Positions 13,129-25,831 of a stretch of 64,000 nucleotides of DNA are shown here, piece by piece. Source of the DNA: Lama guanicoe (taxonomy: Eukaryota); the NCBI GenBank assembly GCA_013239625.1, contig MU053881.1, positions 5,789,957 through 5,853,956 of the forward strand. Direction: 5' to 3'. The translations under genes and the position numbers were made by a program. The notes under the pieces were generated by a model. It ran no database searches. It was not told where the DNA came from and saw only the letters and a program-made list of their open reading frames with translations. Numbering within the stretch: the stretch's first letter is position 1; each line of letters starts with the position of its first letter.

Positions 13129-13479
13129 CCACGGAAACCTCATTTTATAAGAGGGAAGGAAAGGAATTTATTCCTTTGTTCAACGAAAGTTTATCAGGTG
13201 CCTCCCACGTGCTGGGCCTGCCTCTAGGAGCTGGGAGAGTGTAGTGAACAAGATAGGCAGGCGGGCAGGAAGTGGGTCTGACACTTTCTCATCTAGTCTC
13301 CCTTGTCATCTTTGCATCAATCCATCGAGGATACAGGGGCTTAGAGAGGTAAAAATGACTTTCCAAGAACTGTAGCAAGTAAATGTTAGAGCCCAAGATG
13401 AAAGCCAGGATCAGGTTACTCCAAAGCATGATTTCTTTTCTTGCTCCCCGGGACTGAATTTCCCCATGTTGTGTATACC

Positions 13480-14010
13480 TGTCAAATTAATTAGGATGTA
13501 TTTGGCCGCAAGGGATAGAATAATTGACTAACCATCGGATAAGAAGTAAAGGACATCTTATACTAGGTTATCTCCTGGGAGACGGCTGGTCCCGAGTTGG
13601 GTCGGTGATTCCAAGTTAACATCAACGAATCTCTCTCTATATGTTGTCATCTTCTGTGTATTTCCTTCAAGAGTCCAGCCTTATTACCTCATAGCCCTAA
13701 GATGGCTGCCAGCTCAGAGCATCATGTCTCCACATATGGTGTTTAAGGCTGAAAATAGGGGCTTCGTATTTATTAGGGAGGAAAGAACTTTCCCAGAGGC
13801 CTTAGCAGACATCTCTTTGATCAGCGCCAGGTCACAGGCTTAGCCTTAGGTACAAGGGATGGGAAAATGGGTATCTAATAAAGGGGAATGGAGGTGTCCT
13901 GGCTTTCTTAGATCAATCATGTATCCCCTGGGGCTGGGTACACTCTACCAAGATGGAGTCTTGTTAGCAAAGATGAAGTGGGAGGCTGGCTTCTGTGGGG
14001 CAGAGGATGT
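13480..14010 (-). mobile_element. old MLT1-type LTR, degenerate
   Basis: ttaggatgtatttggccgcaagg...aagatggctgccagc...ttcccagaggccttagcagac...gccaggtcac. Confidence 0.45.
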
Positions 14011-15905
14011 CTAGGTGTGTGGCCTACCCTGGCCCCATCTTCTCTCCAAATGATTACGTTCTGGAGGTGAAGAAGAAAGTCCCAGGCAGTCCTTAGAGTA
14101 ACGCTGCTGTCGTGGTGTTACTGATGGGCAGATGGAGGTGATAACCTGAGGTGTGAGCATCGTCAGTGCTGAAGGAGGAGGGAGCGATCCAGAAGCCTAG
14201 GGCAGCAGGGAGCGTGCCGAGCGCTCCCTGGGGCCCGGGCTGCAGCTGGGTCCAGGCACAGCGTGCTGGCTTACCAGGTGTTTGTTCTGAGGGTGAGGGA
14301 ACCAACGTGGAGACAATGGAACTGCAGTTGTAGGGATGGCACGCCCTGTCACCCAGTGTCCTTTATCCCAGCTGCGCCCCAAGACATTCGTCCCGCAGCC
14401 TAGTTCCAGTAAAAATGTTGTCTCTGCCGAGGTTTGAACATGCTTTTCTGTTGTCGGAAAATGAAAGCTATGCAACCCGATGTGTTTCTCTTTCTGTCTT
14501 GGCTGCCAGAAGCGGGAGCCAAATGTGTCGCCCAAGCGCCAGGGGCCTTGCTCCCTGGTGTCTAGGCACCGCTTCGGCTTCCTCCAGGGGGCGCTGTTCA
14601 GGTACGCCTGCCCGGGTCAGAATCTCTTGGCACCTCCCAGCCCAGCCCCGCGTGGAGGGGGGCAAATCGGAAAGAAACTCAAGTGCTTGGCAAACTCATC
14701 TGGGTGCGCAGAGAGGCATCCAGCCTGCTCAGGTGTCCTCTGCCCTCTCTGATCTTGGAAGAGACCAAGTAGGGGAGAGGAGTGGGTTCCGTCTGAGCCG
14801 AAACCAAACATTTTGGCTATCTTAACGACCACTGAATCACCGAATCCACCGTATTTTTCCACTTTCAAGTTGTTTCTGGGCTGCTGTGGAGACACGCCCT
14901 TCCTGGGTTTAATGGCTTTGCTGTCAGGCGATGGGGAGGAGGCGGTGTTTACTTTTCGCAGGGAAAATAGTGGTTAACGGTGGGACGGGTGGACCTGATT
15001 AGTAATCGGGTGATTTATCCGATGAAGGTTCTTTGGGTTTTCCTGGTGGTTTGCGCTTGAACTTGGACTGGATGAGTGGGAGGAGAGGGTGGGAGGGAAA
15101 TGGTTTGGAGGAGAGGAGAGGGGTGGGGTTGGCTCAGAGGTGATCGCATAGCAGGGACAGGTGGGGGTGTGCACAGGTCGCAGATGCAAGGTGGAGGCTG
15201 TTGCACTGGCCATCAGAGACTCTGCCTCCGTGTGCAGGCATTTGCGGGCTTACTCACTCATCCCTGCATTCAGGGTTTTGAAATTCCGAGCACCTTCTCT
15301 GTGCTGGGGAAACAGCACACCTACGAAGCCCCAGGGATCCAGTGTGATGAACAGGCACCCCCCCCCCCCGTCAGAGAGCCCAGGCTCCTTCAGGGAAATG
15401 GACAGGTCGTTTCCAATAGGAGTGTGTGCAAACGACACGAGGTAACAAGAGGCAACGTTTCTTAGGCATTCTCCGTGTACTGGGTGCTGTTCCAGGTGTT
15501 TTTCATGTATTAACTCATTCATTTCTGTCAGTAATCCTAGGAGCTAGGTCCTGAGAAAATGGAGGCACAGAGATGGAAGTAACCTACCGGAGGTCACACA
15601 GTGAACAGATCTGCACCTAAGTGGTCTGTCCAGCCTTTGACTGTCATGCTGTTCTGCTCTGCTTTGGAAGTGAGGTGGGTCTGCTCAGAAGGAAAGGATT
15701 CCCAGAGAGAGTGATTTCTTAATTTGGGTCGTGAGGATGGAGTGAGGAAGTTTTTGAGGTAGAGGAAGCAGTGACACAAGGCCTTCAAAGTTGAGGGTGC
15801 CTGCCACATGCAGAGGTGTGGGGCATCCTGAGGGGTGAAGTGGAAGGGCAGGCAGGGACAGATAAAGAAACTCTGTTGAAGGAGAGGCGTGAGATGGTCT
15901 AATTT

Positions 15906-16067
15906 AATTTTTTTTTTAAATTTCAGTTTATTATTGTATTATTTCACTTTGGCAGCAGGGGGCGGTAGTTAGGTTCGCTTATTTTTGGAGGAAGTACTAG
16001 GAATTGAACCCGGAACCTTGTGCATGCTAAGCATGCACTCTGCCACTCTGAGCTATACCCTCCCCCC
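15906..16067 (-). mobile_element. tRNA-derived SINE (camelid vic-1-like) with TSD
   Basis: Minus strand reads GGGGGAGGGTATAGCTCAGAGTGG (A box)...GGTTCAATTCC (B box) and ends in an A-rich tail. TSD GAGATGGTCT(A/G)ATTT at 15891-15905 and 16070-16084. Confidence 0.9.
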
Positions 16068-16234
16068 TAGAGATGGTCTGATTTTAAATGAAAAAAACTC
16101 TCGTGCAGCTCCGTGGAGGATGGATCGTGGGTGGTGGGGAGAGCCGAGACCTGCTATTTCAGCTTTCTGCCACTGCACTGCTCTCCCCTTTGCCCTCATC
16201 TTCCCTATGAGAGCACCCCCAACACCTTGCTCTC

Positions 16235-17130
16235 AGGCCATGTGGTTTGGCTGACTCCATCCAGACTTGAGGGGTGGGCACAAGATTCAGTAGTGGCCGA
16301 TAAGCCTCTTCCATCCCCCGTGGCCACAGGGATTGGCTCAGGAGTGTGCATGTGACCTAGGGCTGGCCAATGAGATTCAATTCTGGGTTTTTTGTTTTTT
16401 GTTTTTTTAGATCTACTGGGGGAAAGAGATTTTGTCAGGTTGCTGAGCTGGGGATGTTAGCCTGGAACCGCAGATGTAATACCATCGCTACGTGAGAACA
16501 TGCTGTCTGAGAAGAAGCTGTATTAGTTTGGTAGAGGTGCCATAACACAGTACCACTGACTGGGTGGCTTAAACAACAGAGTTTATTTCCTCTTTGTTCT
16601 GGAGGCTGGAAGTCCAAGATCAGGGTTGATTTCTTCTGAGGCTTCTTTCCTTGGCTCGCTGATGGCTATCTTCTTTCAGTGCCTTCACGTGGTCTTTTCT
16701 TGGTGCGTGTCTGTATTCTGATCTCTTCTCATAAGGACACCAGTCATATTGGCTTAGGACCCACCCATGTGACCTCCTTTTACCTTAATTACTTCTTTAA
16801 AGACCCTATCACAAAATACAGTCACAGTCTGAGGTCCTGGGAGTTAGGACTTCAACATATGAATTTTGGGGGGAAACAGTTTAGCCCATAACAGAAGCCA
16901 ATACAAAAAAAACAAACAAAGAAACAAACAAACAAAAAACCATACAGAGAGAGACTGAGTCCTACCTTGTTTGAGCTCCTGGATCCTGCTGTACCTGAAG
17001 CTGCACTGATGGTAAAATGGATTCTTGAATTTCATGTACCAGTAAATACCAGGCTCCCCTTCCCCTCCTTTGTTTTCTCAAACTTGTTGAGTTGGTTTTC
17101 TGTTACTTACAGCTAAAATTCCTGAGTAAT
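16235..17130 (+). mobile_element. old MLT1J/K-type LTR split by a nested MLT1B
   Basis: gcatgtgacctagggctggccaatgaga (left part) and tttgagctcctggatcctgctgtacctgaagc...ttttctgttacttacagc (right part). Confidence 0.6.
16519..16893 (-). mobile_element. MLT1B-type MaLR solo LTR with perfect 5-bp TSD
   Basis: TG...CA termini (tgtattagttt...cccataaca); TSD GAAGC at 16514-16518 and 16894-16898. Confidence 0.9.
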
Positions 17131-18084
17131 ATTCAGGGAGACCAGTCAGTAAGCTACTGAGACAGCCTACCCCTAATTAAATCACAGCTTGCAAGGAGAG
17201 GGCTTTTATTTGCGCCCAGGTTTGTCCCATTCCAATAGCGAGGGGTAGCAAATACTGAAATGAAATGAGGCAAATTGGCACTAGCTTCTTCCCCCTTAGA
17301 CAGGATTTCCCACCTTGTCTCTGAAGCCATGCAGGACAGAGCTGGAGAGGCCTCCTTTATCACCAATGTTCCTAATGTGGAGAGCAGGCTGGGGTGCTGG
17401 CAGGTAAAAACAGAAGTATAGTTTGGGTTTAAAAAGACTTTCATTAGGGAAGAAATCATTTTGGGAAGACGCGAATGGACTGGGAAGAATGGGCCTGGCT
17501 GTCACATCATAGGATGCTGAGATGGGAGCTCGGAGGAGCAGCATCTTCGTTCCAGCAGACTGAAGGCAGGAGTTACTCAGTAAGTGCTCCGCTGGGCTTG
17601 GCTTCCTGGGCTGTCATGTAGGGGGCTGAGCAAGGAGGGGCCATGGCTCAGGCAGTCCCCGTCCGCCATCCCGAACTGGGAGGAAAGAATAGGAATGAGG
17701 TGAGGAGGTAGTTCAGTATCTAGATCCTTTTGTCCTTGGAGTGGATGCCCTGACTTTTCCCTGTCTTTTATCGCTGCCGTTCTCATTGCGACTGAGTCGA
17801 GTCTGAGGTCTGTTTCAATGAAAGGGATTTTGAGGCACCTGCCAGTCCTCGGCTCCCTCCAGGGGAGGCTCAGAGGTGGTCTTTCTGGCACCAAGATGAG
17901 GGCACCATGACCTTGTTGATTCAGACACACCAACACTCACTTGGAGCTCTGGGCCTGACCAGCCTGGTGACTTGTGGTGAGTGACTTACCCTGACGCAGC
18001 CTCTTTAATCTTTACCCTGGGCAAAGCAGTACCATATAATCTCTCACTCACAGCCTTCTCATGAAGCTTGAGTGGAACCAGGTA

Positions 18085-18275
18085 GTTATAGAGGGAAGGG
18101 CTCTGGAATCTGGGTTTGAATCTTTGTTTGCTTACTTACTAAGCTGGGTGATCTCGGGCAAGTCGCTTACCCTCTCTGAGCCTCAGTTTCCTAATCTGTA
18201 AAATGGGCATAACAATAGTACTTACCTCATGGGGTGAATGTGAGGCTTGACGGAGGTAAAGCATGTCAACTTCAT
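18085..18275 (+). mobile_element. MIR SINE
   Basis: gggtttgaatc...gggcaagtcgcttaccctctctgagcctcagtttcctaatctgtaaaatggg. Confidence 0.85.
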
Positions 18276-18574
18276 GAGAGCAGAATTTTTTGGTCAATTT
18301 ATTTTATTTTTATTGCCACTGCAATTCTTGGGACATACGGACACTAAATAAATGGGAGCAATGATTATCATTATTATGATTCATGGTTTTCTGGCATCGA
18401 CTGAGATTGTTCTGTGTGGCATCCTACAGGGGCTGTCTGTGGGCTTGTGGTCCGGGTGCGGAAGATAAGACCGCCACAGCTGGCACACTTAACTACCTCT
18501 GCCTCCTGGGATGGGTTAAAGTTCCAATTCTGTAAAAGAGGGCCCGAGTAGAGGTTAGGGAATGTCCTGGGCAA

Positions 18575-18760
18575 GGTTTAAGCACCTCACTTGCATCATT
18601 TCATGGCATCCTTACTGCAGTCCATAAGCTAGATTCACTTATTACCCCCATTTTACAGATGAGAAAGCTGAGGCTGAGAGAAGGACAGTAACTGAGATCA
18701 TACTGCCAGGGAGTGGTACAGCCAGGGCTCAACCTTGAATTTGTACTGCTCCAAACCCCT
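18575..18760 (-). mobile_element. MIR SINE
   Basis: ccccattttacagatgagaaagctgaggctgagaga. Confidence 0.8.
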
Positions 18761-19721
18761 TGTTTTTAAACAGGAGGATGCAGGGAAGAAAGGGCTGAAG
18801 GAGAGGTGGAGGGATAGAGTCGATGGGTGGAGGGCAGGCCCAGGACAGCTGCGGTGGAGCTGCCAGGAATGAGCCCAGGAGTGAGCCGCAAGGGCAGGGC
18901 CCCCTCCCTTTTAGTGGGTACCGAGCCCCGCCGAATTCTTTAGCAAGTGGCTTGATTGACCAGCTCTCAGCCGAAAGAGGACCCAAGGGGCTCTTTACTG
19001 GCGGAGGATGGAGCGCAGAAACCGCCCTGCCCCTGCCAGCACCGGCCTTCGGAGGCGAATGAAACGCAGCCGGCCCTGGGACTGCAGCCCCCGATTGCGC
19101 TCAAATCCACCCCATAAATGGCCCCTTTCCTTGTGAACCCACAAACACCAGAGAAGAAGGTGCATGGGGCTTCTGGAAGCCTTTCTGCAGCCTGGTGGAA
19201 TTCTCCAAGTCAAGGGCAGCGAGTGGCCTCCTGGGCACCCGCCCACCTGAGGGACAAGGCGGCCCTTTCTGAGGGGTTTTAACGGGATGAGGTGGGGTCC
19301 TGGCCCCCGCCCCTGGGCTGGCACTGCCCTGAGGCAGACAGAGCAGAGACGTTCATGGGGGCTTCTTTTTCTTTTTTAAACTCAGGAGATGCATTTGGGA
19401 AAACTACAGTTAAAAACTCATTATTGGGAAAGGAATTTCTTGGATGAGTATCAGACGGTTCCGAGACTGAGGAGGCAGGTGGGAGGATGAGGCTTAGGCA
19501 GGAAGAAGGAAACTGAGGCCGGGGCAAGAGCCGGCCCAGTGATGGCTCCTTTCCCACAATGCTGCTGGCACCGTCACAGTGGCACACCAGCTATCACTGA
19601 TGGCACTGCTGGCCCTGGGTCTTCCTTCCTTATGGACTCTTGACCCCACCGAAGCTGCTGTGAGCCATCTCTCACACTGTGCCTTTGGGTCATTCCCGAC
19701 AGAGGCAAATTCCCCATAGGC

Positions 19722-19850
19722 AAGGTTGCGAAATAAAACACAGGATGCCCAGTTAAATTTGAATTTCAGGTAATAAATTTTTTTTTAGTAGACAAAAGAT
19801 TTGTTTATCTGAGGTTCCAGTTTAACTTGGCACCCTGTATTTTTATTTGC
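19722..19850. mobile_element. MER53 palindromic hAT MITE, internally deleted
   Basis: aaggttgcgaaataaaacacaggatgcccagttaaatttgaatttcag ... tttatctgaggttccagtttaacttggcaccctgtatttttatttgc form imperfect inverted arms. Confidence 0.75.
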
Positions 19851-21644
19851 TAGCTATTCAGAGGGCTGTGCTCTGCTTGAAGTTGATAGGAGGGGACACT
19901 TGCCCCTTTCCCTTCTGTGGTGAGAATGTCAATCTTGGGGCATTGGACTGATCGCATTATTGAATGTAGACTCACCAAAAAAGCAAATACCGAAACCTCT
20001 CTTTTTTTATTAAAAAAAAAAAAAAACTCCCCTGCCTGAATTGTTTTCAAAGCTGCCTTCACCCAGAAAGGCCCTGGCTTGTAGGAATGCCTCCCATGGG
20101 CATTCCTTTGCTGTGCCCACTTTTCATAACACGAAAGATGCCTCCTCCCCACTCTCCTTGCTCCAGGTCATCCTGGAGGCAGAGAACTCAAGGATCTTTT
20201 TGGGAAGGGCCCTGAAGTCCTTACCAGTGAGTCCCCATCACTCAGGAGCAGGTAAAGGAAGGAACTGAGCTGAAACAGAAATAATCTATGGGGTTGACTG
20301 TCTAGACACGCCTTGATCCTCTGGCCCGGGAGGAAAGCAGACAGAAGCGGGCTTTGGCCAAAGCTGAAACTCAAACCAGCACCATCGGGCCTCCCCAAGC
20401 CATCCTCAGTCTGGGCTGTCTGGGCTGTCCCCGGAATTGCTCGCTCCAATTTCAAAGGATTTGTGCTTCCATGGAAGGAAAAGCTGGAATTTTCACAGTG
20501 AGAAAGTTAATCACAGGTAGGAACCACTGGATGCTTCCTTCTCTTTCTTATGTTTGTTTGGAGGGCAGCTGTGAGAGAAAATGAAGATTTTTTAGCTATA
20601 AAGTTTGGCCTGAGATCATGTTTAGAAAGAAAGGCATCTGCTAATTGAAAACATCATTTTGGGGGCCCTTAAATCGGGGGAAACAGGTGCAGGTTTGTGG
20701 TTTTAGAGAGTCTATTTCTTTTGGAAAAAAGAAGGCAAGTGTCCCAGATAGGGTCCCTCCAAGGCCAGCAGATCTTTACTTTTCAGCCCTTAATTACTTA
20801 GAAAGTGAATGAAAAGATTAACTGAAAAGTTAAAAGAAAAGTCTACTCTCGCCCTTCTAGGTAACACTCCGAACCCTTCTCTCTCTCTCTCTCTCTTTCC
20901 TTTCCAAGGCTAAAGAGAGGCCAAGTGCGTCTCTGCCATTTTGGTAACATTCTATCACCATTACTGTCCATTCCTGAATAAATGCCCACACCTCGTACAC
21001 TTTTATTCTTAATCGTGTGAGAAAGAGCCTGGGCCTCCCTTCTCTTTTCATACAAACTCAGCAAAGGTGGTATTTCTCCTAGACCATTTCCATGTGTTAC
21101 CTTTCCGTGTTTTCTCTGGTTGTGAGAGGGGCGAATTTTCAAGATCAAAAAGTCTTGGAAGAAGAGAATAATATTTCTGTGTCTCCTGTGTGTTGGGTGC
21201 TTGGATATGTCATCTTTCTCTGCATCTCCACAGTAAAAAGAGGTGGGGAGGTTGCTTTCTTTTTTAAACCTCTTTGGATGATTGAGGAAAGGGAGGCTCA
21301 GAAAGGAGAAGTGACATGTCTAAGGTGGCCCCGTGAGGGAGCAGCAGAGTTGAACTCGAAAGCCATGTCTGTCTGACTGTCAAGCCCTTGCTGCTTCTGT
21401 CGGTGCATTGCCTCCCCACTTCAAAAGCACAGGGTGGCAGATCAAGCTAAAGGCAATGAAAACACCCAGAACCTTTTGTCTTTGAAATAACTCACAACAT
21501 CATCCAGTCTTAGAAATCCATTCTACAGTTTTATTTGCAGCCAAATATATGTTATTACCATATTTTTAGGAAAGATTCTGGATTTCATGCTGTTGACCAA
21601 GAAAAATGGTCAATGGGGCCCATTTCCTTGAGAAACTAATATCA

Positions 21645-22179
21645 TGTATCAGTTATCTGTTGCTGTGTAACAAATCAGCCCCCAACTCAGTGTCTTGAAA
21701 TCACAGCATTTACCATGTCACAGTTCCTGCAGGTCTGGAATCTGGGTGCATCTTAGCTGGGTCCTCTGGCTCAAGGTCCCTCAATGTGCAGTCAAGGGAT
21801 CAACCAAGGCTGCAGTCATCAGAATGGATAACTGGGGAAGAATCTGCTTCCAAGCTCACTGACATGGCTGTTGGCAGCTTTCAGTTCTCCACAGGACGTT
21901 GACCTCAGTTTCTCACTGGCTGAGACTGGGTGCCCTCAGTTCTTGCCATCAGAATCTCTCCAACATGGCAGCTTGCTTCATCAAAGTATCTGGATGGAGA
22001 AGGCAACAGGATATGTCAGTAAGATGGAAGCCACAGTCTTTTTAACCTAGTCTTGAAAGTGAGATCCCATCACTTTTGCTGTAATCTACACATGAAGCAA
22101 GTCACTAGGAGATTACACCAAGGGGTGAATACCAGGAGGTGGGGATCCCCAGAAGCCACGTCCGCAGCTGCCCATCACA
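21645..22179 (-). mobile_element. MLT1F-type MaLR solo LTR
   Basis: tgtatcagttatctgttgctgtgtaacaaa...cttagctgggtcctctggctca...ccatcaca; near-perfect TSD TATCA (21640-21644) / CATCA (22180-22184). Confidence 0.8.
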
Positions 22180-22489
22180 CATCAGGAAGGTGGAGACGGT
22201 GGTCATAAATAATCATAATAACGATAGCTGGCATTTATTGGGTGTGTGCTATGCTAGGCACTGGGCTAAATCCTTCTGTGAATTGTCTCATTTAATCACC
22301 ACACTGCTCTTTGAACCCGAAAGGTTCATTAACTTCCCAAAGTTACTGCAGCAAAGACTTGAGAACCTGACTTTGGTGGTTCCCACTCCAGAGACCCTTC
22401 CTTTACATGATGCAGATCCTTGACGTGAACCCACTGAGCTGCTGGGACCAAAACAAGCCCCTGTTGAGCTAAGAATTGGAAAAAATGAA

Positions 22490-23230
22490 GCCAAACTCAC
22501 TACTCATTAGAAAATTGCAAGGAAACACACCAGAAGCCAGTTTTCACCCATCAGATTTAGAAAAAAAAAATTAAGTTGGTGAGAGTGTGGGGAATTCTCA
22601 TGCACTGCTGAGAGACTATAAATTTGTACTGCCACTTTGGAGGGAAATTTGGCAGGATCTATTAAAATTTTAAAAGGACATAAAAATAAAAAATGTGCAT
22701 AGCCTATGACCCAGCAATTACACTTCTGAGTATCTACCCTAGAGAAATACTCACACATGTGCATGAAGAGCCTTGGACAAGACTTTTCATTCCAGTGTTA
22801 TTTTTAAGAATAAGAAAGAAGTAGTGAAATTGGAAATGGTCTAAATGTCCATCCATAAAAAAATGGCTAAATGAATTGTGGAGCATCTGTACTATGGGAA
22901 ACTATGAAGCAGGTAAAGGGAATGAGGTACATCCATAGGTGTGTCATGGAAATATCTCCATATTGTTTTATGAGAAAGTCACACTGCACAGTGATACCTT
23001 CAGTATGATACCCTATATGTAACCCCAACATTATTATATATCATATACACATCGTAATATATATATATACACACATATATGTTTATATCATATATGTACA
23101 AATACAAAAATACTCAAATGCATGAGAATGGTCTGGATAATAGGAGGGGAGGGGAGGAGGCAAAAGTTGAGGGGTGGTCAAAGGTGACTTCAATTTTGTA
23201 CGTAATATTTTTGATATGTTTTAAAAGACA
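22490..23230 (+). mobile_element. ancient L1 (L1M) ORF2 end / 3' fragment
   Basis: ttttcacccatcagatt...tatgacccagcaattacacttctgagtatctaccctagagaaat...aaatgtccatc. Confidence 0.75.
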
Positions 23231-23259
23231 AAGTTTAATTGTCTCACTTATGTCAGCAG

Positions 23260-24500
23260 AGCCTATCTTTTTAAAAGAAAAGTGTTACTGGAAGCCCCAC
23301 CCAGCAATTTCTCTTGTGTTGAATTGGCCAGAATTGGGTCAAGTGGCCACTCTTAGCTGCAAAGGAGTCTGGAAAGGTGACATGTTTTCGGCTGTGCTAA
23401 CAGAGGACTGAGAGGAAGAAGAGGGTTGTGAGTGGCTGTTGGGTGGCCAACGAAAAATGTCTGTTGCGCTTCATCCTTTTTTTACTCAGCCTGCACACAT
23501 GCCTTTCTATCTGTACAAATACTCTTATAATCCAAAGCCTGAAGTCAATTGCTGCATCCCTTTCAAAGTCCGTGATCTCTGAGTGATGATGATCTGGTCC
23601 CAGAGGAGAGGATACTGCCTGTGTATTACTTCTGTTACCTCTGATACAGATATTGGGGGTGGGTGTCACTTCTGGGGGCTGCACAGCTTTAGTGGCATAT
23701 TTCTTCCTGGGGAGAGTTTGACCCCCAAAAGATTATTTTTAGGGTTTAATGGTCACAGGCTATCATAGACCAGGCTCAGATTGTCTTGAAAATACACATC
23801 CCTCAAAAATGTAATAGAGATCCAGTCTTTGATTTCAGGGACTTCCGTGCGAAAGTGACCACAGCAAAGATTTCGTCTAGATTTAGAACATCAGCGTAAG
23901 CAGTCTCACCTCTTACCCACTCTTCCTCTGTGCTCTGCCTAACCCTCTGGTCCGTGGGTTTTTTTGGCTGGTTCTTTGGGGCAATTTAAAATAGTAACCT
24001 TGAGTGGAGAGGCACCACCTTTCATTTGATCTTTGCATGTTTGTTCATACTCCTCTTTTATTTGACAGAGAACCCTGCAGGGAAGGTTCTAGACAATAAC
24101 CTGAGGCGCTGATCTAATTTCCTGCCAATGCTGTAGCGTCATGGCTTTTACCTGGCTTTTTCAGCTTATAAATCTTCCAATTATGGGATTCTCAGTCAAT
24201 AAGTCAGAGGGTGCCTCTCTCAATAAAGCTCATGTCCCTTTCCCTGGCTTCCCGGCTGGCTAGCTCTTGTCTGAGATCATCTCTCTCTTTTGGATTTTAT
24301 TAAAAATGGCAAGAAGTAGCCAGCATGGACTCATATTCTGAAATTTTCCTACCATTTCTTCGACTCTATAAACTCCATTGGCGTGAAGTCTTACGGTAGA
24401 GCAGACAGTTTGACCACATGTTTGCCACTACATAAAAAGTCATCTGCTCCAGCCATTAATGAGCAGATCCTTCTTCTCCTATGTTTTAAGCTCTGTTACT
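23260..24500 (-). mobile_element. degenerate MaLR LTR plus internal region (MLT1-int-like)
   Basis: attggccagaattgggtcaagtggccactcttagctgcaaaggagtctgg (MLT1 LTR motif) followed by MLT1-int-like sequence; weak. Confidence 0.4.
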
Positions 24501-25068
24501 TTCATTACCCTACCCCTGGCACCCATATATATATATATTTTTTTTTTTAAATCAAGGACGACTTTCAGTTGTATGCAACAGAAATGGACTCTGGCTTATT
24601 AAGCGGAAAAGGAGATTAATTAAAGGCCATTGGGTAATGTAGAATTGTCACAAGGGCTGAAGAATCAAGGTCAAGACTAAGTTTCTGGAAATCATGTCCC
24701 CTCAAATGCTGGGGAATCAATCTGATGAGAAAGCGGTTGCCACCGCTGTGACTGAGCAGTGAATGCTAGAGCTTGCCTTGTCAGGAATTCAACTTCAGTG
24801 CAACAAGTACTTCCACCAACACTGATGCTCTGCCAGGGCCAGTCATGTGACTTTTCAACCACCCTTGCGGCCAGAGGCCTCTGCTGCCACCTTCACCAGC
24901 AACATGCGTTTTGAGCAATGCCTCCTTGCCCATATTGGTTACTTTATATTCAAAGTCAGCATAAATACGTTTTTTTGATGGCACCTGGAGTACAGGCCCA
25001 TGGCTAGGTGCAAAGGGGCTAGAGACGCACGTTTTCTAAATTCTCCTGTGAAGATCCTATAAACACGT

Positions 25069-25787
25069 TGTGATATTGTGATTTATAATAAGAAATATGT
25101 ATTTGGTCTTCCTCCCCATTTCTGGCACAGGGCTCCTAAAACCCTTGGAATTTCCTAGGTGAGAAACAGGAACGGTGTCTTCTGTTATGTTAATGAGCGA
25201 CATTTGAAAAGTTGCTGGTTGCCCAGGGGAACCAACTTTGAGATGAAAGGATTGGAACTTTCCTACCCCTGACCCCCAGGGAGGGGAGAGGGGCTGAAGA
25301 TTTAGTTCAACCTCCAATGGCCAACGATTTAATCAGACCTATCTAATTCAATCAAACGCCGAACCCCAAAAGGATGGGTTTGGAGAGCTTCCGGGTCGGT
25401 GAACACGTGGAGGTGCTGGGAGAGAGGTGCGCTCCGAGAGGGCGTGGACTCAACAGCCCCCTTCCCCACTTACAGACCTTGGCCTGGGCTTCCCTCCCAT
25501 CTGGCTGTTCCTGAGTCACACCCTTTTAAATAAACTAGTAAATGCAAGTAAACGTTTCTCTGAGTTCTGTGAACAACTAGCAAATCAGTGGAACCTGAGG
25601 AGGAGGTCGTGGGAACCCTCAGTCTATAAACAAATGATCAGAAGCACAGGTGAAAACCTGGACTTGAGAATGGCATCTGGAGGGGGGGCAGTTTGGTAGG
25701 ACTGAGCCCTTCACCTACGGGATCTGACGCCCTCACCAGGTAGGTAGTGTCAGAATTGAGTTAATTGCTTGGCGGTGTGGGAAAAAA

Positions 25788-25790
<3 letters not shown>
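25069..25790. mobile_element. MER21-like ERVL LTR
   Basis: tgtgatattgtgatttataataagaaatatgtatttggtcttc...ggcacagggctcctaaaacccttggaatttcct...ggatctgacgcc...tagtgtcagaattgagtt. Confidence 0.8.

Positions 25791-25826
<36 letters not shown>
25789..25826. repeat. (CA)19 microsatellite
   Basis: Read directly from sequence. Confidence 0.95.

Positions 25827-25831
<5 letters not shown>

Noticed and set aside
15990..16067. tRNA-like sequence
   Set aside because: It is the head of a SINE with tail and TSD, not a tRNA gene
18085..18760. Inverted MIR pair as a dsRNA/editing substrate
   Set aside because: Copies are too diverged and there is no evidence of transcription
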